Shown: positions 16,664-24,130 of the stretch, piece by piece | How positions within the stretch are numbered: the stretch's first letter is position 1 | Layout of the letters: each line of letters starts with the position of its first letter | IMG/VR virus record: IMGVR_UViG_3300025103_000160 | Span: 1-24,130 of that record | Length of the DNA stretch: 24,130 nt | Reading direction: 5' to 3' (one strand) | DNA from: a virus | Lineage: Duplodnaviria; Caudoviricetes | Notes under the pieces: generated by a model | Databases searched by the model: none | What the model saw: only the letters and a program-made list of their open reading frames with translations | What the model was told of the DNA's origin: nothing | Translations under genes and position numbers: made by a program

Positions 16664-17081
16664 CAAAACAACAAGACACGTAAACCGAGTTTTTGTACAC
16701 TGCTCCGCTAGCGACCATGACGACCATGACGATGTTTCAGTAATGAGAGAATGGCATGAAAAACGTGGATGGCGTGACGTTGGATACCATTTTTTCATCA
16801 AAAAAGATGGAACGGTTCAAAATGGACGAGATTTAGAGTGGACACCCTCAGCACAAAGAGGACACAATACCGGAACTATCGCTATTTGTTTGCATGGACT
16901 TTTAGAAGAAAATTTTACACAGTCTCAATTTTCCTCTCTAAGACGATTATGCCGACATATCAATAGTATTTACTCTGACATAACTTTTCATGGACACAAA
17001 GAAGTAGCAAATAAATCTTGCCCAGTATTCGACTACGTGGATGTTCTCGGTTTGGATGATGAAGGAAATTTAGGAATATAA
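16653..17081 (+). CDS. N-acetylmuramoyl-L-alanine amidase (Amidase_2, T7 lysozyme-like endolysin)
   Basis: Zn-ligand motifs VHCSAS, GW.DVGYHF, GHN, GHKE, KSCP. AGGAG RBS supports ATG 16653. Confidence 0.93.
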   Translation: MTFDKTTRHVNRVFVHCSASDHDDHDDVSVMREWHEKRGWRDVGYHFFIKKDGTVQNGRDLEWTPSAQRGHNTGTIAICLHGLLEENFTQSQFSSLRRLCRHINSIYSDITFHGHKEVANKSCPVFDYVDVLGLDDEGNLGI

Positions 17082-17082
17082 T

Positions 17083-17120
17083 TGTCAGAGAATATCTGAT
17101 ATATGTCAGAGCATATCTGA
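17083..17120. promoter_or_regulatory. Tandem palindromic operator-like boxes TGTCAGAG(A/C)ATATCTGA
   Basis: Two 17-bp copies (17083-17099 and 17104-17120), 16/17 identical, 21-bp period, each TCAGA-N5-TCTGA. The function is inferred. Confidence 0.6.
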
Positions 17121-17174
17121 CGATTCCAACATAGATAATCCTCATTTAAAGGATTTACCATGCAAAAATGTACA

Positions 17175-17206
17175 GGGTTGACAAATCAACCCGAAAGTGA
17201 TATAAT
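17175..17206 (+). promoter_or_regulatory. Sigma70-type promoter for gp43
   Basis: GGG-TTGACA (17178-17183), 17-bp spacer, TGA-TATAAT (17201-17206). Perfect consensus. Confidence 0.92.
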
Positions 17207-17211
17207 ATATT

Positions 17212-19689
17212 ATGGAGTTTTATACAAACGTACAGACCCGCGGTAATAATGTTTTGCTTAGGGGTGTCGATGAGAAGGGAAATCGATTTAATAAAAAAGT
17301 CCCTTATGAACCCACCTTATACACTCAAACATTCGTCGATAGCGATATTACGACAACACTCGGAGAACCCGTAGAACCAATCACTTTCCAGAATATGAAG
17401 GATGCTAATGAGTGGAAACGGAAAATGGGTGAATCTGTTTATGGTGGAATCCCTTTTAAGTACGCTTATATTTCCGATAATTATCCAGAATATATCGAAT
17501 TCAATCTAGAAAAAATAAAAATTCAATATCTTGATATTGAGTGTTCTACTGAAAATGGTTTCCCCGATTCAGCAAATCCCATCGAAGAAATTACCGCTAT
17601 AACTGTTTCTGATGGACGCAGGTATTTTGTCTTCGGCAACGGGAAATATAAAAAACACCGGGAAGACGTAATATACAAGGATTTTGGTTCTGAAAAAGAA
17701 CTTTTGAGAGCGTACATAGCGTTTACTCATGGATCGGCGCCCGATGTTATCACGGGATGGAATACCAAATATTTTGACATACCATATTTGGTATCTCGAG
17801 CAAGAAAAGTACTTTCAAATAAGGAAGTATCCCAAATTTCACCGTGGGGAATTGTAACTGAGAGTACAGAAAAATGGCAAAACAAAGAAATTATGGTTTA
17901 TAATATATCAGGTATTTCTCAGTTGGATTATATGGATGTTTATCGTACTTACGTAAAGACGCCTAGAGAAAGTTACCGATTGGATCATATCGCCCATATA
18001 GAATTGAATGAGCGGAAGTTGGATTATTCAGAACATGAGAGTTTACTTGCATTATATAAGAACGACTATCAAAAATTTATTGAATACAATATCAAAGACG
18101 TTGAACTCATTGTTAGACTGGAGAACAATCTCAAACTTCTCGAAATGATTTTTACGCTCTCTTATGATGCCAAGGTGAATTATGAGGATACATTTCTTCA
18201 AGTTCGAACTTGGGACGCTATTTTGTATAACGCTTGTAGAAAAGAGAACATGGTAATTCCACCGAAAGTTGACAATAATTTCACGGGGAAATATGTTGGC
18301 GCTTATGTAAAATCACCACAAGTCGGTGCTCATGGATGGGTCGTTAGTTTTGACCTTACAAGTTTGTATCCCTCTCTTATGCGTCAATGGAATATGAGTC
18401 CCGACACAATAAAAGGAATGTATCAGGATCGGAATATGGTTGATGATCTTCTTGAGGGAGAATCTATGCCGGATTTCTTGCGTGATTCGGATGTTTGTCT
18501 CGCTGCAAATGGAGCATTATTTTCAAACGAGAAAGAGGGTATTATATGCAAAACTCTCGCCCGCATGTTCCAGGATAGAGTAAACTATAAAAAAGAGATG
18601 AAGAAATACCAAAAAATGTACGAGGACACGCACGACCCGGATCACAAAATGTTGGCGAATCGGTATAATAATCTACAATTGACAAAGAAAATCCAATTGA
18701 ACAGTTGCTACGGTGCTGTGGGGAATCGGTATTTTAGATTTTTTGATCTAAGGATCGCTGAAGCAGTCACACGAACCGGGCAATTAGTTATTCGATGGGC
18801 AGAAAAGAAAGTTAATGAGTATCTGAACAATATGAACTCAACTGAGAATGTTGATTATGTTATCGCTTCTGATACAGACTCACTGTATGTCAATATGGAC
18901 AAATGGGTAGAATTATTTATTGGAAATGATCTTGAAAAATCGCTGATTATCAATCAACTTGATGAAGCAAGCGAGAAGCATTTAAACCCACTCATGAATA
19001 AAATTTATGAGGAACTCAGAGAAAAATTGAACTGCAAAGATCAATTAATGTTTATGGATAGAGAAGCGATTGCTGATAGAGCAATATGGGTCGCTGGGAA
19101 GAATTACATCCTGAACCTGTGGGATATGGAGGGTGTTCGGTATTCAGAACCAAAACTCAAAATCATGGGTATTTCCGCTGTAAAATCAAGCACACCAGAG
19201 TTTTGTAGAAACAAGATCAAGAAGTGTATCGAGATTGTAATGCGGGGTAATGAAGCGGAACTAATTGACTATATTGAAGAAACAGAAACCGAGTTTAAAA
19301 CACTCCCCAGCGAGGATATAATGTCTCCAAGAGGGGCAAATGGTTTGGATAAATACTATGACCCAAATACAGTATACACAACAAAAACACCCCTTCAAGT
19401 TAAGGGTTCGCTGTTATTCAATAAGATGTTAAAAGATAAGGGGATCGATAAAAAGTATGAACCCATTCAAAATGGGGATAAGGTGAAATATTGTTATTTG
19501 TTACAACCAAATCCAGTTCATGATACCGTTATCGCTATCAAGACGATCCTACCAAAAGAGTTGAAATTAGAACCATATTTGGACAGAAATAAACAATTCC
19601 AGAAAACATTTAAAGATGGATTAGAACCGATAGTTCGATCTATTGGATGGAATATGGAGAGAATTGCCAGTCTTGAGGATTGGTTTTAA
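17212..19689 (+). CDS. gp43: Family B DNA polymerase, unsplit
   Basis: MEFYTNV start; exonuclease DIEC, GWN..FDIPY, SFDLTSLYPS, KIQLNSCYG, DTDS; C-terminal clamp-binding SLEDWF. Confidence 0.99.
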   Translation: MEFYTNVQTRGNNVLLRGVDEKGNRFNKKVPYEPTLYTQTFVDSDITTTLGEPVEPITFQNMKDANEWKRKMGESVYGGIPFKYAYISDNYPEYIEFNLEKIKIQYLDIECSTENGFPDSANPIEEITAITVSDGRRYFVFGNGKYKKHREDVIYKDFGSEKELLRAYIAFTHGSAPDVITGWNTKYFDIPYLVSRARKVLSNKEVSQISPWGIVTESTEKWQNKEIMVYNISGISQLDYMDVYRTYVKTPRESYRLDHIAHIELNERKLDYSEHESLLALYKNDYQKFIEYNIKDVELIVRLENNLKLLEMIFTLSYDAKVNYEDTFLQVRTWDAILYNACRKENMVIPPKVDNNFTGKYVGAYVKSPQVGAHGWVVSFDLTSLYPSLMRQWNMSPDTIKGMYQDRNMVDDLLEGESMPDFLRDSDVCLAANGALFSNEKEGIICKTLARMFQDRVNYKKEMKKYQKMYEDTHDPDHKMLANRYNNLQLTKKIQLNSCYGAVGNRYFRFFDLRIAEAVTRTGQLVIRWAEKKVNEYLNNMNSTENVDYVIASDTDSLYVNMDKWVELFIGNDLEKSLIINQLDEASEKHLNPLMNKIYEELREKLNCKDQLMFMDREAIADRAIWVAGKNYILNLWDMEGVRYSEPKLKIMGISAVKSSTPEFCRNKIKKCIEIVMRGNEAELIDYIEETETEFKTLPSEDIMSPRGANGLDKYYDPNTVYTTKTPLQVKGSLLFNKMLKDKGIDKKYEPIQNGDKVKYCYLLQPNPVHDTVIAIKTILPKELKLEPYLDRNKQFQKTFKDGLEPIVRSIGWNMERIASLEDWF

Positions 19690-19696
19690 GGAAAAT

Positions 19697-19954
19697 ATGA
19701 AAATAAAAATATCATTATGGATTTTGTGTATATTTCAGAGCTTTGCTTCCATGGAAAATATTAAAGAATCTGACATTCTCAGACAAGAAATAGTAAGAAT
19801 GAATAAGAGATTCAGTTTGAAAGTTCAATGCTCTTCGAATTTTATAACCCACTTGATAGTTTATGGCAATAAACCGGTTTCAGTAGAAAAGGGTTTTCGT
19901 GAATGGAATAATTGTCTAATAGGTGTACAAACAAAGGATGAAAATAAAAAATGA
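19697..19954 (+). CDS. Hypothetical protein with signal-peptide-like N-terminus (85 aa)
   Basis: AAGGA RBS then ATG 19697: MKIKISLWILCIFQSFA. ATGA overlap with uvsX. Confidence 0.6.
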   Translation: MKIKISLWILCIFQSFASMENIKESDILRQEIVRMNKRFSLKVQCSSNFITHLIVYGNKPVSVEKGFREWNNCLIGVQTKDENKK

Positions 19955-21051
19955 GCGCTTTTGAAAACTTAGTAAAATCAACCGGGAATGAATTATCAAT
20001 ATCCGGTACAGAATTACCAGAAACGCAATCATTTGTAGACACAGGATCATATATGCTTAATGCTCTGATTTCTGGATCTATTTTTGGTGGTATCCCTTCT
20101 AATAAGGTGACGGGATTCGCAGGAGAAGAAGCGACAGGGAAAACATATTTTGTTCTTTCATGTTGTAAAAATTGGTTGGATCAAGCGAAAAATAATTTCG
20201 TAGTGTACTTTGAATCTGAAAATGCCGTACAAGATAAAGCGGATTTAATCAATCGTGGTATCGATGTCAGACGATTCGAAATCCTACCTGTAAATACCAT
20301 TGAGGAATTTTCAACTCAATGCTCGAAAATGTTGACGAAAATTCTATCAATGAAGAAAAATGAGAGACCGAATGTTATGATGGTTCTAGACTCACTTGGG
20401 AATTTATCAACTAACAAAGAATTGAAGGATATTGAAGAAGGAAACGACAAAGTTGACTTTACAAAACCAAAAAAGATTCGTGCTTGTTTTCGTGCTGTTA
20501 CACAAAAACTGGCGAGAGCGAATGTTCCTTTCCTATTGACAAATCACATATATCAAACGATGGACGCTTACGATTTTGAAGGGGAAATGGGTGGTGGAGG
20601 TGGAACCAAGTATGCTTGCAGTTCCATTGTCTGGTTGAAAAAGAAGAAAGAACTTGATGGGAAATTTCAGATTGGGAATATCATACGATGTGCTATGTAC
20701 AAGTCTAGAATCACGAAGGAAAAGACAAAAGGTGAAACTAGAATTTTGTTCAAGGGTGGACTCGACCGATATCATGGATTATTCGATCTTGCTGTAACGG
20801 CGGAAATTGTCAAAAAACCGCTAGATGAAAATGGAAAAATCAAGGACAAATCACCGTATTGGGTTCTTCCATGTGGAAAAAGTGTCTATGAGAGCAAAAT
20901 AAAAAAGGAACCGGAGATGTTATATACTCCAGAGGTCTTGACAAAGATTGATGAATATGTTAGAATGAACTTTAAGTATGTTTCTGATGTTCCTGTATCG
21001 GATGAGACAGTAACTGAAGTAGAAGTCGAAGAAATTGAAACTTCAAATTAA
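19951..21051 (+). CDS. uvsX: RecA-like recombinase UvsX
   Basis: Motifs DTGSYMLNALISGS, AGEEATGKT, FESE, LDSLGNL, TNH.Y, MGGG.G. Confidence 0.97.
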   Translation: MSAFENLVKSTGNELSISGTELPETQSFVDTGSYMLNALISGSIFGGIPSNKVTGFAGEEATGKTYFVLSCCKNWLDQAKNNFVVYFESENAVQDKADLINRGIDVRRFEILPVNTIEEFSTQCSKMLTKILSMKKNERPNVMMVLDSLGNLSTNKELKDIEEGNDKVDFTKPKKIRACFRAVTQKLARANVPFLLTNHIYQTMDAYDFEGEMGGGGGTKYACSSIVWLKKKKELDGKFQIGNIIRCAMYKSRITKEKTKGETRILFKGGLDRYHGLFDLAVTAEIVKKPLDENGKIKDKSPYWVLPCGKSVYESKIKKEPEMLYTPEVLTKIDEYVRMNFKYVSDVPVSDETVTEVEVEEIETSN

Positions 21052-21070
21052 ATTATGATAAAGGTGAAAT

Positions 21071-22468
21071 ATGAGAACAGAAAGAGTAATACTTTCAGGG
21101 TTGCTCAAGTTGGAAAAATATCGTACAAAAGTGGTTCCTCACATGAAAAAGGAGTATTTTTCTGACAGAATAGAGTCGTGCATATTTGGGACAATATACG
21201 ATTATTTTTCGAGATATAAAGCGGCGCCAACAATCGACGACATTTCAGTTGAATTATCAGAATCAAGCAATTTATCGGATACAGAACTTGAAAATTCGGA
21301 GGACATTTTAAAATCTATTTTTGAAATTCAGACGAATAGTGAAGAATGGTTATTGAAAACAACCGAGGATTTTTGTCAAGACAAATCGCTTTATAATGCT
21401 ATTAAAACTTCGATTGAAATTGTAGACGATCCAAGAAAGAACCGAAACTCTATCCTTGAGGTTCTAAAGGACGCTCTTTCGGTTTCATTTGATAAGGACT
21501 TGGGACACGATTATGTAGAAGATTATGAAGCACGATTTAGATCGTACCACGAGGGGTTTAAGGATAGAATACCCTTTGATATAACTTTGTTGAATGATAT
21601 TACAAATGGCGGAATCCCAGCAAAAACAGGTACGCTTAATTTAATTATGGCGGGTACAAATGTTGGGAAAACTCTATTCCTTGTACATTATGCTGCTCAA
21701 TGTCTTTGCATGGGATATAAAGTCGCCTATTTCAGCATGGAGATGGATGAAACAGAATTATCAAAACGTATTGATGCTAGTTTGCTCAATATTGATATAA
21801 ACGATTTGGAGGAAACGCCGATCGGATTTTTGAATGATCGATTTAAGAAAATACAGTGTGATAAGATTAAAGGACAGATGAAGATTAAGAGATTCCCAAC
21901 TGGTCGTGCTTCTACTATAGACTTTGACTCATATTTGTCGGAATTAAGGTTGCAAGATGATTTTGTACCTGATATAATATTCGTTGATTATATTGGAATT
22001 ACCGCTTCATCGACATTACCACAATCAGCGAAGCAGAATTCTTATCTGTATTTTAAGAGTGTAGCGGAGGAGTTACGTGCTTTTGGAATCGATCATTCAG
22101 CGCCGGTTTTCTCTGCTGTACAAACAAACAGACAGGGATTCGCAGACAGCGACCCGGATTTGGACAAAACTTCTGACTCGTTTGGAATTATGATGACTTC
22201 AGATTTTGCGGTTGCGATGTTGACAAATGATGAACTTGAACGACTTAATCAATATCAGATGAAGCAATTGAAAAGTCGATACAATCAGAAGACGAAAAAT
22301 AAGCGATTTATGGTTGGATATGATCTAAGTCGGATGAGAATTTTTGATGTAAGTGCTTCTGCACAAACAAGCGGACTTCCACCCGTACAAAGTAATGATG
22401 CTGATACAATAGCAGTTAATACAAATAATAGAACTTCAGTTCTTGATTTTGGGAAAATAAAGGTTTGA
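21071..22468 (+). CDS. gp41: Replicative DnaB-like helicase
   Basis: Motifs VSFD..LGHDY, AGTNVGKT, SMEM, VDYIGI, AEELRA, QTNR.G, SDSFG, QLKSRY. Confidence 0.97.
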   Translation: MRTERVILSGLLKLEKYRTKVVPHMKKEYFSDRIESCIFGTIYDYFSRYKAAPTIDDISVELSESSNLSDTELENSEDILKSIFEIQTNSEEWLLKTTEDFCQDKSLYNAIKTSIEIVDDPRKNRNSILEVLKDALSVSFDKDLGHDYVEDYEARFRSYHEGFKDRIPFDITLLNDITNGGIPAKTGTLNLIMAGTNVGKTLFLVHYAAQCLCMGYKVAYFSMEMDETELSKRIDASLLNIDINDLEETPIGFLNDRFKKIQCDKIKGQMKIKRFPTGRASTIDFDSYLSELRLQDDFVPDIIFVDYIGITASSTLPQSAKQNSYLYFKSVAEELRAFGIDHSAPVFSAVQTNRQGFADSDPDLDKTSDSFGIMMTSDFAVAMLTNDELERLNQYQMKQLKSRYNQKTKNKRFMVGYDLSRMRIFDVSASAQTSGLPPVQSNDADTIAVNTNNRTSVLDFGKIKV

Positions 22469-22469
22469 T

Positions 22470-23063
22470 ATGAAAAAGAATATTGATTTTACTATGGATT
22501 TTGAGTCTTTGGGACTCTACGAAAACTCGGTTTTGTTGTCAATTGGCGCCGCTAAATTTGATGATGCAGAGATCGAAGGTAAGACTAATGCTGATATTTT
22601 TGATGGGGCGCTGAATGATGGGTTTCAACTAAAACTCGATGTCAAAGATCAATTGAGATCAGGGAGAAAAATCGACCCGGACACCGCTGAGTGGTGGAAA
22701 ACTCAGGAATCAGAGTCAGCAAAAGCAGTTTTAAAACCTTCGATTTCTGACGCTAGTTTAGATTTAGCGATCAAGAAGTTCCATGAATACCTTCAATTTA
22801 ATGGATTTTCCCGAAACAGTAATATTTGGGGTCGTGGATATGTAGAACCCATGTGGTATTTTGCGATCTGTAAACAATATGATATTGATCCAATGGTAAA
22901 ATATTGGCAATTTCGTGATGCAAGGACATTTTTGTATACAGAAATGCACCCACAGCGATTTCCGAAAACTGTACAACCAACAAATTTCATTCCACATAAT
23001 GCTTTACATGATTCAGCATTTCTAATTGTGACAATGATCGACCCTTTGGATGAGAGAGAATAA
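22470..23063 (+). CDS. dexA: 3'-5' exonuclease, DexA-like (DEDDh)
   Basis: Motifs DFTMDFESLG, T.EWWKTQ, WGRG, RDART, HNALHD. Confidence 0.85.
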   Translation: MKKNIDFTMDFESLGLYENSVLLSIGAAKFDDAEIEGKTNADIFDGALNDGFQLKLDVKDQLRSGRKIDPDTAEWWKTQESESAKAVLKPSISDASLDLAIKKFHEYLQFNGFSRNSNIWGRGYVEPMWYFAICKQYDIDPMVKYWQFRDARTFLYTEMHPQRFPKTVQPTNFIPHNALHDSAFLIVTMIDPLDERE

Positions 23064-23084
23064 ATTATTTTATTTTCCTAAAAA

Positions 23085-23116
23085 CCCTTGACGAACCACT
23101 CTAAAACCCTTATAAT
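23085..23116 (+). promoter_or_regulatory. Sigma70-type promoter of a different class (CCC-TTGACG)
   Basis: TTGACG (23088-23093), 17-bp spacer, TATAAT (23111-23116), AT-rich upstream tract. Confidence 0.8.
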
Positions 23117-23148
23117 AGTAGTGTAAGGTTAAGAAAGGGAGAAACAAA

Positions 23149-23334
23149 ATGGAAACAAGAAAATCAGATTCGCAACAGGGACGAGAACTAAACGACAAAC
23201 TCAAGGGATTCAATAAGAATCAGAAATTAGCATGGGCGTTAGGTGTAAACCCCGAATTCGCTCAAGAAGCATTAGAATATTTGACTGAGAACGGGGTAAC
23301 AGCATTTCTTGAAAATCGAAAATACAAACTATAG
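23149..23334 (+). CDS. Small hypothetical protein, 61 aa, probably early
   Basis: Has its own sigma70 promoter and a strong AAGGGAG RBS. Confidence 0.75.
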   Translation: METRKSDSQQGRELNDKLKGFNKNQKLAWALGVNPEFAQEALEYLTENGVTAFLENRKYKL

Positions 23335-23338
23335 AGAG

Positions 23339-23346
23339 GATAAATA
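23339..23346 (+). promoter_or_regulatory. Late promoter variant GATAAATA
   Basis: One mismatch to TATAAATA, 5 nt before ATG 23352. Confidence 0.5.
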
Positions 23347-23351
23347 TAATT

Positions 23352-24130
23352 ATGTCGTACTCTATTGCAAATTACACCGACCCGCAAACCATAGAGGAGT
23401 CAACAGGAGGTAAAAACCTTCATATGACTCACTTAGACGAATTGATATTAGCATCAGAATCACCGAAAGATTTTACAGCAACAACAAATTTTCTAAAATC
23501 CGTTGTAGAACTCCTACATGGTCGCTCGACCAAAAAATCAGCAATAACTACAAAATGGGACGGAGCGCCCGCTATTTTTTGTGGACTCGATCCCGCCGAC
23601 AGTAAATTCTTTGTTGGAACCAAAGCAGTTTTCAACAAGGTTCCAAAACTAATTAAAACCGAATTGGATTTGGATTTATTTGGTTTCAAGGGAGATTTGA
23701 AAACAAAACTCTTGATAGCACTGAAAGAACTCCCAAAATTAAACATCCCAAGGGGAATAGTTTTACAAGGCGATATGCTCTTTACAACAGGAGATATCAC
23801 CGACAAAAATATTGATGGTTTGGATTATATAACTTTCCAACCCAACACTATCATGTATGCTGTACCTGTCAAATCCGACCTTGCAAAACAGATGAGGCGA
23901 TCCAAATTGGGGATGATATTCCATACGACATATACTGGTACTACTTTACAAGGAATGAAAGCATCCTTTGGCGCTGATGTTTCAAAATTGAATCGGATAA
24001 AATCAGTTTGGTTTGATGATGCAGAATACAAGAACTTTTCAAACATCTTATTCTCAGCATCTGAATTTGTTAAACTCTCGGACGACATAAAAAAGATAGA
24101 GAAACTCGAAGTTAATATAACTGGGAAAAA
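23352..24130 (+). CDS. DUF6267-like conserved T4-like phage protein (3' truncated, absent from the ORF track)
   Basis: Open frame from ATG 23352 to the window end: KNLHMTHLDE...TTKWDGAPAIFCG.DP...FFVGTKAVFNK...LQGDMLFT...FQPNTI.YAVP. Family name is from recall. Confidence 0.8.
   Translation, partial: MSYSIANYTDPQTIEESTGGKNLHMTHLDELILASESPKDFTATTNFLKSVVELLHGRSTKKSAITTKWDGAPAIFCGLDPADSKFFVGTKAVFNKVPKLIKTELDLDLFGFKGDLKTKLLIALKELPKLNIPRGIVLQGDMLFTTGDITDKNIDGLDYITFQPNTIMYAVPVKSDLAKQMRRSKLGMIFHTTYTGTTLQGMKASFGADVSKLNRIKSVWFDDAEYKNFSNILFSASEFVKLSDDIKKIEKLEVNITGK

Noticed and set aside
17212-22468. Introns, inteins or homing endonucleases in gp43, uvsX or gp41
   Set aside because: The ORFs are continuous and of normal length, with no splicing or endonuclease motifs seen.
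1761-23063. Stop-codon reassignment
   Set aside because: All core genes are full length under the standard code and end at TAA, TAG or TGA where expected.
1178-24088. Minus-strand and nested alternative-frame ORFs in the track (e.g. 2425..2652, 4255..4515, 13735..14058, 23429..23806)
   Set aside because: They are shadows of well-supported + strand genes, with no RBS, promoter or recognisable motif.

Overview
This is a 24 kb segment of an AT-rich T4-like myophage genome (marine or environmental type, no gp24 after gp23). All credible genes are on the + strand. Gene order: 3' end of a probable tail-fibre or structural gene and small ORFs; head genes (gp67-like, core protein, gp21, gp22, gp23); two probable internal head proteins; gp3, uvsY, uvsW; a ~460 bp non-coding structured and repetitive locus; gp55, a Zn-ribbon protein, gp47, gp46, a GMP reductase/IMPDH-family gene, gp45, gp44, gp62, regA, a MazG-like pyrophosphatase, an amidase, gp43, a secreted-type protein, uvsX, gp41, dexA, a small gene and a truncated DUF6267-like gene. 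The most unusual element is the uvsW-gp55 intergenic locus. It holds two oppositely oriented hairpins sharing a GA-ac-GTA-gt-GA core, (GTAGC)n repeats, interlocking palindromes and a 4 x 41 bp higher-order array of TACTA units. It is preceded by a CpG-depleted zone inside uvsW. I read it as a candidate ssDNA-structured replication origin or priming platform, which is inference. Also notable are a GGGTTGACA promoter family that appears to drive leaderless mRNAs, a tandem palindromic operator-like site upstream of gp43, and two apparently frameshifted small genes. All calls come from motif recognition and synteny by eye; no database search was run.
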